This document shows, piece by piece, positions 32,019 through 41,900 of a stretch of DNA of 64,000 nt (the first letter of the stretch is position 1; every line of letters begins with the position of its first letter). The stretch covers positions 1,400-65,399 of the forward strand of contig NZ_JAIXTJ010000043.1 in assembly GCF_027483985.1 (NCBI RefSeq), in the 5' to 3' direction. A program made the position numbers and the translations under genes. The notes under the pieces are model-generated. The model had not been told where the DNA came from. It searched no databases and was given only the letters and a program-made list of their open reading frames with translations. The stretch is from Flavobacterium sp. (lineage in GTDB: Bacteria; Bacteroidota; Bacteroidia; Flavobacteriales; Flavobacteriaceae).

Positions 32019-33296
32019 ATGGAGGTAAAAATCGGTATTATTGGTCTGGGATATGTAGGTTTGCCGTTGGCTAGATTGTTTGCAACAAAATATCCAGTGG
32101 TAGGATTTGATATCAACGAAAGTAGAGTTTCTGAACTTAACAAGGGTAATGATTTTACTCTAGAAGTTTCAAAAGAACTCTTGGAGTCCGTACTTATTGA
32201 TGCACCATTAAGTGGCGTTGGTTTGTTTTGTACAACCGATTTAGAAGCCATTAAAGATTGTAATTATTATATTGTAACCGTACCAACTCCAGTTGATAAA
32301 AATAATCGTCCTGATTTGACTCCTTTGTATAAATCGAGTGAGACGGTTGGTAAGGTACTTAAAAAAGGAGATATTGTTATTTATGAATCCACCGTTTATC
32401 CTGGACTTACAGAGGAAGAATGTGTTCCAGTTTTGGAACGTGTAAGTGGTTTGAAATATAATGTAGATTTCTTTGCAGGCTATTCACCTGAACGCATTAA
32501 TCCGGGTGATAAAGAGCATACGGTAGATAAGATTTTAAAAATCACTGCTGGTTCAACACCTGAGATTGGTTTGAAAGTCAATGAAATTTATAAGTCCGTT
32601 ATTACGGCTGGAACACATTTAGCGCCATCTATAAAAGTAGCGGAAGCTGCCAAAGTAATTGAAAATTCTCAACGAGATATCAATATTGCTTTCGTAAATG
32701 AGTTGGCCAAAATTTTTAATATTTTAGATATTGATACTCAGGCTGTTTTAGAAGCCGCTGGTACTAAATGGAATTTCTTAAACTTCAAACCTGGTTTGGT
32801 TGGCGGACATTGTATTGGTGTTGATCCTTATTACTTGGCTCAAAAAGCTCAAGAAGCAGGTTATCATCCTGAAATTATTTTGGCCGGAAGGCGTCTGAAT
32901 GACAGTATGGGTGAGTATGTGGCTTCTCGAATTGTGAAGTTGATGATAAAAAAGCGTATTCCAGTAAATCATTCAAGATTGTTGTTATTGGGTATCACTT
33001 TTAAAGAGAATTGTCCTGATGTAAGGAATACTAAAATTGTAGATGTTATTAAATCCTTACAAGATTATGGTATAACGGTATCTGTATTTGATCCGTGGGC
33101 TAATCCAAGTGAAGTTATGCATGAGTATGGTTTAGTTACGACTAATATCGTGCCCAAAGAACGCTATGACACCATTGTTTTGGGTGTTGCACATAAAGAA
33201 TTTTTAACTTTAGATTTAGAGCAATTTAAAAATCCGAACTCAGTAGTTTATGATGTTAAAGGAGTTTTAGATTGTTATATAGATGGTAAATTATAA
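32019..33296 (+). CDS. UDP-N-acetylhexosamine 6-dehydrogenase (WbpO/TviB-like)
   Basis: GLGYVGLPLA, YESTVYPG, GYSPERINPG, GGHCIGVDPYYL. Confidence 0.9.
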   Translation: MEVKIGIIGLGYVGLPLARLFATKYPVVGFDINESRVSELNKGNDFTLEVSKELLESVLIDAPLSGVGLFCTTDLEAIKDCNYYIVTVPTPVDKNNRPDLTPLYKSSETVGKVLKKGDIVIYESTVYPGLTEEECVPVLERVSGLKYNVDFFAGYSPERINPGDKEHTVDKILKITAGSTPEIGLKVNEIYKSVITAGTHLAPSIKVAEAAKVIENSQRDINIAFVNELAKIFNILDIDTQAVLEAAGTKWNFLNFKPGLVGGHCIGVDPYYLAQKAQEAGYHPEIILAGRRLNDSMGEYVASRIVKLMIKKRIPVNHSRLLLLGITFKENCPDVRNTKIVDVIKSLQDYGITVSVFDPWANPSEVMHEYGLVTTNIVPKERYDTIVLGVAHKEFLTLDLEQFKNPNSVVYDVKGVLDCYIDGKL

Positions 33297-33342
33297 TACT
33301 TTTATCTGAACCTCATTCAGTAGAAGTAAAATCAGAATAAAA

Positions 33343-34389
33343 ATGAAAAAAATAGTAATCACAGGAGGAGCAGGTTTTATTGGTTCTCACGTAGTTAGAA
33401 GATTTGTAACTAAGTATCCCAATTATCATATTTTTAATTTAGATGCCTTGACTTATGCTGGTAATCTTGAAAATATTGCTGATATAGAAAAAGCGTCTAA
33501 TTATACTTTTATCAAAGGCGATATTGTTGATGCTGATTTTATCAATAATTTATTTGAAGAGCATCAATTTGATGGCGTGTTGCATTTGGCAGCCGAGTCG
33601 CATGTTGACCGTTCGATTACCGATCCGTTGAGTTTTGTTAAAACCAATGTTATCGGTACGATGAACTTATTGAACGCGGCTAAAACTATTTGGAAAGACA
33701 ACTTTGAAGGTAAGCGATTTTATCATATTTCTACCGATGAAGTATATGGTTCGCTTGGTGCTGAAGGTTTGTTTACCGAAACTACTAGTTATGATCCTAA
33801 TTCACCTTATTCGGCTTCCAAAGCTAGCTCTGATCACTTCGTGAGAGCTTATGGTGAAACTTATGGATTGCCTTATGTAATTACCAATTGTTCTAACAAT
33901 TACGGTCCTTATCATTTTCCTGAAAAATTGATTCCGTTGTTTATAAATAATATCATTAATAACAAACCGCTACCTGTTTATGGTGACGGTAAATATACCC
34001 GCGATTGGTTGTTTGTTGAAGACCACGCAGCTGCTATTGACTTGGTTTTTCACGAAGGGAAGAATCACGAAACTTACAATATTGGTGGTTTTAACGAATG
34101 GCAAAATATTGATTTGGTAAAATTACTTTGTGCTCAAATGGATGAGAAGTTGGGAAGAGCTAAAGGCACTTCAGAACAATTGATTGCTTATGTTAAAGAT
34201 CGTCCGGGACACGATTTGCGTTATGCTATTGATGCTTCTAAAATCAATAAAGAATTAGGATGGGAACCTTCTGTTACTTTTGAGCAAGGATTAGAACGCA
34301 CAATTGATTGGTATTTGGCAAATGAAACGTGGCTGAAGAATGTTACTTCGGGTGCGTATCAAAATTATTATGCTGCGCAATATGAATAA
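33343..34389 (+). CDS. rfbB: dTDP-glucose 4,6-dehydratase
   Basis: GGAGFIGS, HLAAESHVDRSI, ISTDEVYG, YSASK, DRPGHDLRYAID. Confidence 0.97.
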   Translation: MKKIVITGGAGFIGSHVVRRFVTKYPNYHIFNLDALTYAGNLENIADIEKASNYTFIKGDIVDADFINNLFEEHQFDGVLHLAAESHVDRSITDPLSFVKTNVIGTMNLLNAAKTIWKDNFEGKRFYHISTDEVYGSLGAEGLFTETTSYDPNSPYSASKASSDHFVRAYGETYGLPYVITNCSNNYGPYHFPEKLIPLFINNIINNKPLPVYGDGKYTRDWLFVEDHAAAIDLVFHEGKNHETYNIGGFNEWQNIDLVKLLCAQMDEKLGRAKGTSEQLIAYVKDRPGHDLRYAIDASKINKELGWEPSVTFEQGLERTIDWYLANETWLKNVTSGAYQNYYAAQYE

Positions 34390-34403
34390 CTATTAGGGCG
34401 ATT

Positions 34404-35342
34404 ATGATTGATATACCGCATGTTTCTTTAGTAAGTCCGGTTTACAGAGCCGAGAAGATTCTCGACCAATTGGTTGCGGAATTAGTAGCGGTAATGCAAC
34501 AGTTGAATTGTACGTATGAAATTATATTGGTAGACGATCGAAGTCCAGATAATTCTTGGAAAGTTATGCAAGAACTTTCACGACAAAATCCTAATGTAAA
34601 AAGTATTCGTTTGAGTCGCAATTTTGGACAACATCCTGCAATTATGGCGGGATTATCTTGTGCGAAAGGTGAGTGGGTTGTTGTTATGGATTGTGATTTG
34701 CAAGACCAACCCAAAGAAATCCTTTCGCTTTATGCCAAAGCCATTGAAGGATTTGATATTGTTTTGGCGAGAAGAATCCATCGACAAGACGGGTTTTTTA
34801 AGCGACTTAGTTCTAAGTTATTTTCTATTGCTTATAGCTATCTTACAGAATCTAAATTTGATAGCACTATTGCTAATTTTGGTATCTTTAATAAAAAAGT
34901 CATTGCTTCGGTTTTGACTATGCAAGATTACATTAAGTCTTTTCCTTTATTTGTGAATTGGGTAGGTTTTAGCTCTACAGCTATTTCAGTAGAACACGCT
35001 CCGAGAGCTTCTGGAACTTCCACTTATACGCTTTCCAAATTGTTGAGTTTGGCTTTTAATACTATTATTTCTTTTTCTAATAAACCGTTGAAGTTATTTG
35101 TAAAATTAGGATTACTTATCTCGATGTTTTCGTTTTTAGTAGGTCTATATACTATTTACAGGTATTTTAACGGAGAAATTTCGGTAATGGGTTATAGTTC
35201 TTTACTTGTGTCTATTTGGTTCTTCTCTGGTATTATAATCACTATTATTGGCATTGTAGGTATCTATATTGGTAAAATATTTGACCAAGCTAAAGACCGA
35301 CCTTCTTTCATTATTGATAAAACTATAAATTATGACCTATAG
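34404..35342 (+). CDS. GT2 glycosyltransferase, GtrB/ArnC-like (polyprenol-phosphate type)
   Basis: ILVDDRSPD, SRNFGQHPAIMAGL, VMDCDLQD, two C-terminal TM helices after FSNKPLK. Confidence 0.85.
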   Translation: MIDIPHVSLVSPVYRAEKILDQLVAELVAVMQQLNCTYEIILVDDRSPDNSWKVMQELSRQNPNVKSIRLSRNFGQHPAIMAGLSCAKGEWVVVMDCDLQDQPKEILSLYAKAIEGFDIVLARRIHRQDGFFKRLSSKLFSIAYSYLTESKFDSTIANFGIFNKKVIASVLTMQDYIKSFPLFVNWVGFSSTAISVEHAPRASGTSTYTLSKLLSLAFNTIISFSNKPLKLFVKLGLLISMFSFLVGLYTIYRYFNGEISVMGYSSLLVSIWFFSGIIITIIGIVGIYIGKIFDQAKDRPSFIIDKTINYDL

Positions 35343-36120
35343 TAACGTAGCTGCAGAAGAATTTTACATCGGAAAAAATACTATAATTGATCCCACTGCT
35401 AGTATTAGAGGTATCAACGGTAAGGCCAAAAAAATTGTTATTGGCGATAATTGCTACATTGGCGCTAATGTTCAAATTATTTGTGACGACTTTTCTTTAG
35501 GAGATTATTCTAAAATACAACACGATACCAACATACACGGTTATTTGCCCTGTCATATTGGACACAACGCGTGGATTGGACAGTTTACCATCATTGATTC
35601 TATTGGTGGTACGACCATTGGAAATAATTGTGGTATTGGTGCGCATTCCCAAATTTGGAGCCATATTAAATTTGGTGATACTCTTGAAGGTTGTCGTTTT
35701 TTGACCGAAAAACCTATGGTTATTGGTAACGATGTTTGGTTTGTAGGACATTGCATTGTGTCTCCGATCACGGCACAAGATAAATCAATGGCTATGGTTG
35801 GATCGGTTGTAACCAAAGATATGGTTTATAATGAAATTTATGCGGGTTCACCAGCAAAATCCATTTCAGATAAAATAGGATTTCAATTTAATGAGGTTTC
35901 TTTGACTACTAAATTAGAAAAGATGCAATCCTATTTGAACGAATGGAATTCAGATTGTAAATCTATCAAAATTATTTCGGATGTTTCTGAAATCGATTGG
36001 AACCAAGAACTAACATATTTTAATGTTGCTGATCGTACTTATACTAAACGAAGTACCGATGAAGAGATGAGTTTTATGAAATTTTTATTACCTGCTAAAG
36101 GTAAATTTATTCCGGTTTAG
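35332..36120 (+). CDS. Hexapeptide-repeat (left-handed beta-helix) acyltransferase
   Basis: IGKN, IGDN, IGHN, IGNN, IGND repeats and YAGSPAK; overlaps the GT2 stop by 11 bp. Confidence 0.82.
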   Translation: MTYSNVAAEEFYIGKNTIIDPTASIRGINGKAKKIVIGDNCYIGANVQIICDDFSLGDYSKIQHDTNIHGYLPCHIGHNAWIGQFTIIDSIGGTTIGNNCGIGAHSQIWSHIKFGDTLEGCRFLTEKPMVIGNDVWFVGHCIVSPITAQDKSMAMVGSVVTKDMVYNEIYAGSPAKSISDKIGFQFNEVSLTTKLEKMQSYLNEWNSDCKSIKIISDVSEIDWNQELTYFNVADRTYTKRSTDEEMSFMKFLLPAKGKFIPV

Positions 36121-36170
36121 CGCTTTTTTGTTTCGTTTAATACTATTTGTTTTCCTCCAAAATACTACCT

Positions 36171-37304
36171 ATGATTCCATTCAACAAACCTTATCTTACG
36201 GGAAAAGAAACCCATTATATTTATGATGCCGTAAACTCGGGTAAAATTTCGGGTAACGGAAAATATACTCAGATGTGTCAAACCTATTTTGAAGAACATT
36301 ATGGCTTCAAGAAAGTTTTGTTGACTACTTCTTGTACGGATGCGCTTGAAATGACCGCGATGTTAGCTAATATTCAGGAAGGCGATGAGGTTATTGTACC
36401 CAGTTATACGTTTGTGTCTACTGCTATAGCGTTTGTTAGGCAAGGTGCAACCATTATTTTTGCTGATTCTTATTCTGATAATCCGAATATTGATGCTACG
36501 AAGTTAGAAGCTTTAATTACTCCAAAAACCAAAGCCATTGTTCCGGTTCATTATGCAGGTGTTGCTTGTGATATGGATACTATAATGGACTTGGCAGATC
36601 GTTATAACTTGCTGGTTTTTGAAGATGCAGCGCAGGCTATTGATAGTTATTACATTTCAAAAGATGGAACCAAAAAAGCTTTGGGAAGTATTGGCCATAT
36701 GGCTGCATTTTCTTTTCACGAAACCAAAAATATCATTTCGGGAGAAGGTGGTATGTTGACTATTAATGACGAACGTTTTATTCCAAGAGCCGAAATTATT
36801 TGGGAAAAAGGAACAAATAGAGCGGAATTTTTTAGAGGTGAAGTCAATAAGTATGGTTGGGTAGATACGGGTTCGTCTTTTTTGCCGTCAGAAGTTATTG
36901 CTGCTTTTTTATGGGCGCAAATTGAAACTATTTCGAGTATTCAAGAAAAGCGTATAGCGTTATGGAATAGGTACTATGATGGGCTTAAAAATAATGCTGC
37001 TGTTGGGTTGCCCAATGTTCCTGATTATGCTACTAATAATGGGCATATGTTTTATATTGTTGCTGCCAATTTGGAGCACCGAACGCAATTGATTGCTACT
37101 TTGAAAGCCCACGGATTTCTTTCCGTTTTTCATTATATTTCTCTTCATTCTAGTGACTATTATACTTCAAAGCACGATGGAAGGGATTTGGTTTGTTCTG
37201 ATAAATTTACTGATTGTTTGTTACGCTTGCCACTGTTTTTTGAATTGGAACCTGCTGCTGTTGAGGCCATTGTTTCTTTGATTATTGCTGCTAGTCCGGT
37301 TTAG
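36171..37304 (+). CDS. rffA: dTDP-4-amino-4,6-dideoxygalactose transaminase (WecE/RffA)
   Basis: MIPFNKP, LLTTSCTDALEM, EDAAQA, FSFHETKN, EKGTNR, GSSFLPSE. Confidence 0.9.
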   Translation: MIPFNKPYLTGKETHYIYDAVNSGKISGNGKYTQMCQTYFEEHYGFKKVLLTTSCTDALEMTAMLANIQEGDEVIVPSYTFVSTAIAFVRQGATIIFADSYSDNPNIDATKLEALITPKTKAIVPVHYAGVACDMDTIMDLADRYNLLVFEDAAQAIDSYYISKDGTKKALGSIGHMAAFSFHETKNIISGEGGMLTINDERFIPRAEIIWEKGTNRAEFFRGEVNKYGWVDTGSSFLPSEVIAAFLWAQIETISSIQEKRIALWNRYYDGLKNNAAVGLPNVPDYATNNGHMFYIVAANLEHRTQLIATLKAHGFLSVFHYISLHSSDYYTSKHDGRDLVCSDKFTDCLLRLPLFFELEPAAVEAIVSLIIAASPV

Positions 37305-37837
37305 TGGGATTCTTTGGTTGTTGGAATGACAAAATGGGGTGGAGTTTCTGGAGGGATTCTTCGTTTTTTGGAATGATAAATTGGGTTGGATGTGTTTTGG
37401 TTGAGTTTCTTTGTGGAGTTTCTTTTTGGAGTTTCTGGTGGGATTCTTCCTGCGTCAGAATGACAAATTGGGGCGGAGTTTCTTTGTGGAGTTTCTAGTG
37501 GGATTCTTTCCTTGTTGGAATGACAAATTGGGGTGGAGTTTCTTTGTGGAGTTTCTGGTGGGATTCTTTCTTCGTCAGAATGACAAATTGGGGTGGAGTT
37601 TCTTTGGTTAGTTTCTAGTGGGATTCTTTCCTTGTTGGAATGACAAATTGGGGTGGAGTTTCGTTGGTTAGTTTCTGGTGGGATTCTTCCTTCGGCAGAA
37701 TGACAAATTGGGGTGGAGTTTCTTTGGTTGGTTTCTGGTGGGATTCTTCCTTCGTCAGAATGACAAATTGGGGTGGAGTTTCTTTGTGGAGTTTCTGGTG
37801 GGATTCTTACTTTGTTGGAATGACAGATTGGGGTGGA
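37305..37837. repeat. Tandem array of 60-bp REP-like units (about 9 copies, 7 in exact 60-bp register)
   Basis: GGATTCTT-N9-GAATGACAAATTGGGGTGGAGTTTCT... starts at 37441, 37501, 37561, 37621, 37681, 37741 and 37801, with degenerate units near 37306 and 37353. Confidence 0.93.
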
Positions 37838-37855
37838 TTTGTTTTTAAGTTGTTG

Positions 37856-38611
37856 CTATTTGCACCAAATTATTGATATGGTGTTGTTTATTCTTTTTAG
37901 TTCTTTGGTGGTTTTTCTGTGTTTTATTGAGAAGCCTATGAATAGGAAGGTTACTTGTAGGTGGTTGCCTTCTGGGATGGCTGTTTTTATTTTTAGATTG
38001 CTTGGTTTTTCTTCTTTTTCAAAAATTATTTCTTCACTATAAATTGTTGTGAATTTATTTTCTACATAATTCCAATTGGTTCTTGCTATTGCTATATGGG
38101 CGAATTCGGCTTCTTCTGGCCAGTCTAGGTGTTTGCTTGGGTGGAATTTTGGTATGGTGCATTCACTGGTTTCTTCGTTCCAGTGCCACTTGGCTTTTAA
38201 AACTTTTTTTAGTGGTCTTGCTTTATTGCCTTCAAAACCAACAAAATAATCTTTGGCATCACTCGATTTCATTCCGATTTCTACGGTTCTTTCGCCTGGT
38301 TGGTTTTCGGTGTCTTCGTTCATTACGTCCAACATTAATCTGTTGGTTCTTCCTGCGAAGCTTCCGTCTTTTGCTCTTTTGAATAGGTACAAGGCAGTAA
38401 ACCTAAAATTTTTTGCTTTTATTGTACATCTTCCAAACTCTTTGCCGTGGTTTCTTGCTTTTGTAAAGACTGGATTTTGCATGAATTCTTTTGATGAAAC
38501 TCCTGTTTTGCCTTTGGCTCTTACATAATTATTTTCTTTTTCTTTATCCATATAAAAGTTCAAATCTCCTATGGTTCCTACAATTTTAAATGGTGCAATT
38601 ACTCTAGCCAT
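37856..38611 (-). CDS. Conserved Bacteroidota hypothetical protein (GTIGDLNFY...R...EFG family)
   Basis: 251-aa ORF with an A-rich upstream region; N-terminal motif recalled from a widespread uncharacterised Bacteroidota family; no signal peptide. Confidence 0.78.
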   Translation of the reverse strand: MARVIAPFKIVGTIGDLNFYMDKEKENNYVRAKGKTGVSSKEFMQNPVFTKARNHGKEFGRCTIKAKNFRFTALYLFKRAKDGSFAGRTNRLMLDVMNEDTENQPGERTVEIGMKSSDAKDYFVGFEGNKARPLKKVLKAKWHWNEETSECTIPKFHPSKHLDWPEEAEFAHIAIARTNWNYVENKFTTIYSEEIIFEKEEKPSNLKIKTAIPEGNHLQVTFLFIGFSIKHRKTTKELKRINNTISIIWCK

Positions 38612-38962
38612 ACCTTAGTTTGTTGTTTATTAATTGAATAAGTTGATTTTTTTTTAACGTAATATGGTTTTAAATATTGTTGCTTTTTTGTTTTTTTTAT
38701 TACACAATGTTGGTGAAATTCCTTACGTATTTTCTAAAGCAAAAAGAGAAAACTTTTTTTGTTATTCGTTTGCTAATTTTGTTTTAATTAATGTATTTCA
38801 TCGGATTTTATTGTTTATAATCGAATAAATTACGAGTTCTATGGGCACTATGTTAAAATATGTTATTTTAGTCGAGTCATACTTCTAACTGTTATTTATT
38901 CAAATAGTTAGGTGTAGTCAAAGTGTTGTTTTTAATGTGTCATTGTAGTCTCGTAAATACTA

Positions 38963-41900
38963 ATGTTGCCAAGAAAAAAAAATACGTTTACTTCTTTTAT
39001 CGTTGCTTTATTGTTGGTTCTATTTGGAACTACTAGTGCTATTGCGCAAGTAAATGCTTATACTTTAACCCAATCTGTTGTTGGTTTTACACCTTTGCCT
39101 GTTACAGCCACAACGGCTATTGCGGCACCTTGGGATAATTCGGGAGCTATTCAAGTGCCTATAGGGTTTACTTTTAATTACGACAGTGTTAATTTTACCC
39201 AATGTTATATTAGTCCGAATGGTTTTATCACTTTTGGAACTGTTGTACCATCGGCCGTTAATTATACTCCACTATCTGATAATACGACTTATAATGGTGC
39301 TATTGGTGGAGGTGTTATTAGTGCTTTAGGAACTGATTTGGTTTCTAGTGTTTCGAATCCGGCAGCTATTGTTTATGCAGTAGAAGGCGTTGCACCTAAC
39401 CGAACTTTTATTGTGCAATGGACGCGTGCTAATAGAAAAGCAGCTGTTGGTGATTTGGATTTTCAAATTCGTTTGTCAGAAACCACTAATGAGATTCTGC
39501 TAGTTTATGGCAATTGTGATACTACTTTATCGACTACTACGGTGAACGTTCAAGTTGGTTTGCGTGGTCAGAATAGTGATTTCAATCAAGGTAATGTCTT
39601 TAATCGATTTCAGGGAAGTAACCAATTATGGAGCGTTACCGGTGCTACTGTTAATGGTACGTTAAATAATCATACCTTGTTAACGAATCCTTCTGCGTTT
39701 CCTCCGTTTGGTTTTCAATATTTGTATGTTCCTGGTCCGCCTTGCGTCACACCGCCTAGTCAAGCTACCGGTTTAATTATTGGAGGCACAGGCATAACAA
39801 GTAATTCCTTTTTAGGAAATACGTTTACTGCGGCTAATCCTGCACCTTCTAAATATTTAATTGTAAGAAGTACTGTCAATACGCCACCAACTTCTGCCAC
39901 TTTTATCAATAGAAACATTTATAATGTAGGTTTTAATTATGGTGCTGCTCCTGTTTATAGAGTGGTTGCTAATTCTAATTTGACTACCTTTAATCAGACC
40001 GGATTAACTTCAGGAACCACCTATTATTATTGGGTGATTTCTTTTAATGAAAAATGTGCAGGAGGTCCGTTTTATAATTTAGTTGATCCGTTATTTGGAT
40101 CGGCAACGACTTGTTTTCAATCGGCTGTAGCCAATGCTGCTGTGGCTGTTGGAGGAAACGAATTTACTGCCAATTGGAATCCAGTAGCAGGTGCAACAGG
40201 TTATGCTCTTGATATCTCAACGAGTTCTGCTTTTACCACTTTTTTACCGGGTTATAATAATTTGATTTTGGGTTCTGGTGTTACCTCTCAAGTGGTATCG
40301 GGATTGTTGCCTTTTACAACTTATTATTATAGAGTGAGAGCTCTTGGTCCGGGTTGTATAATTAATAGTAATACCATCACGGTTGCAACGACCTGTGGTT
40401 TTTATACCATTCCGTATGTTCAAAATTTCGATTTGACGCCAGTTGGCAGCGTTCCTACCTGTTTTTCGGTTTTGAATGCTAATGCCGATACGAATCAATG
40501 GCGTACTCAGTCCTTGAATTTTGCTTCAGCTTCTCGTTCTATTCAAATAGATAAGAATGCTACCGTTGATATGAACGATTGGTTTTTTCTACCTGGTTTG
40601 AGTTTAACCGGAGGAGTTTCTTATCGATTAAAGTTTAGTTATAATACCGGTAATACAGCTTCTAATTCTGAAAATTTATCTGTGTTGTACGGGACTAGTC
40701 AATCAGTAGCAGGAATGACTACTACATTAACTACCTTAACTTCTTTTGATAATAGTTTCTACGAGACTACACAAGTTGATTTTACACCTCTAAACTCTGG
40801 TGTGTTTTATATTGGTTTTAGAGGCAATAGTATTGCTAACCAAACTTACATAGTTATTGACGATATTAGTGTGACGCCATCGCCTTCTTGTATTGAACCT
40901 ACGGAGGTGCTCACAACTGCAATTACATCAACTACAACAAGTTTGAGTTGGATTCCTTCGACTATTCCACCCGCATTAGGTTATGAGTATTTTCTATCTA
41001 CAACTGCAACACCACCTACCGCATTAACGGTACCCACTGGTTCTGTTGGAGCAGGAGTAACTACTTTAAATTTGACCGGTTTGAATCCAAGTACAAGTTA
41101 TTATATTTGGATTCGAGGTAATTGTTCTTCTTCTGATAAGAGTGTTTGGTCGGTTGAAGAAACGTTTAATACGGAGTGTTCTACTCCAATAATAACTTCT
41201 ACAATTGCGGCAACAAGATGTGGTTATGGAACAGTGAATTTGGTTGCGAATCCGAGTTCTGGTTCTTCCATTCGTTGGTTTGATTCGATGACTAGCGGTG
41301 CTCAGGTTGGTTCAGGAACAACTTTTACGACAGCACCATTAAGTGCTACTACCACATATTATGCTGAGGCTAGAGCATTTGGAGCTATAGTAAAGTTAGG
41401 TCCATCCAATCCAACCACTCAATTGGGTGTTAAAGGACTTCAGAATTATCAAGGTTTTGTGAATTTTACCGTTCATACGGTAACTTCTCTACAATCTGTA
41501 GATATCTTTCCCATAGCATCTGGACAGGCAGGAAAATTGGTTATTCGAAATTCTGCCAATATTACTTTAGCTAGTTTTAATTTTACTACGTCTGTTGCAG
41601 GTGGATCTACCTTGCAGCAAATTATAATGAATTATAATTTACTTCCGGGCGTATATAATTTATATTTTGATACGTTACCTGCTTCAGGATTGCGTATGAA
41701 TACTACCAATTCGTCCTATCCTTATGTGTCTTCAGTAGCTAGTATCGAAGGCAATAGTATTGATGGCAATTTTAATTTGGGTGCTTATAATTGGAGGTTT
41801 ACCACAGAATGTTTATCGGGTAGAGTTCCGGTAACAGCTACTGTTTCTGCTCCACCAGCTTTAAGTTTGAGTGCTTCTACTTTGACTATATGTGAAAATG

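Noticed and set aside
7099-36170. Longer upstream starts given by the ORF track (7099, 14442, 20205, 21194, 25584, 26333, 36147)
   Set aside because: They overlap promoter elements or add non-conserved-looking residues; downstream ATGs were used instead.
37305-37837. CRISPR array
   Set aside because: The variable segments are about 9 nt and recur rather than being unique spacers; no cas genes are in the window.
37304-38042. Short ORFs 37304-37498, 37411-37611, 37640-37876 and 37833-38042
   Set aside because: W/G/F/S-rich translations of the repeat array, or antisense shadows of the 37856 gene.
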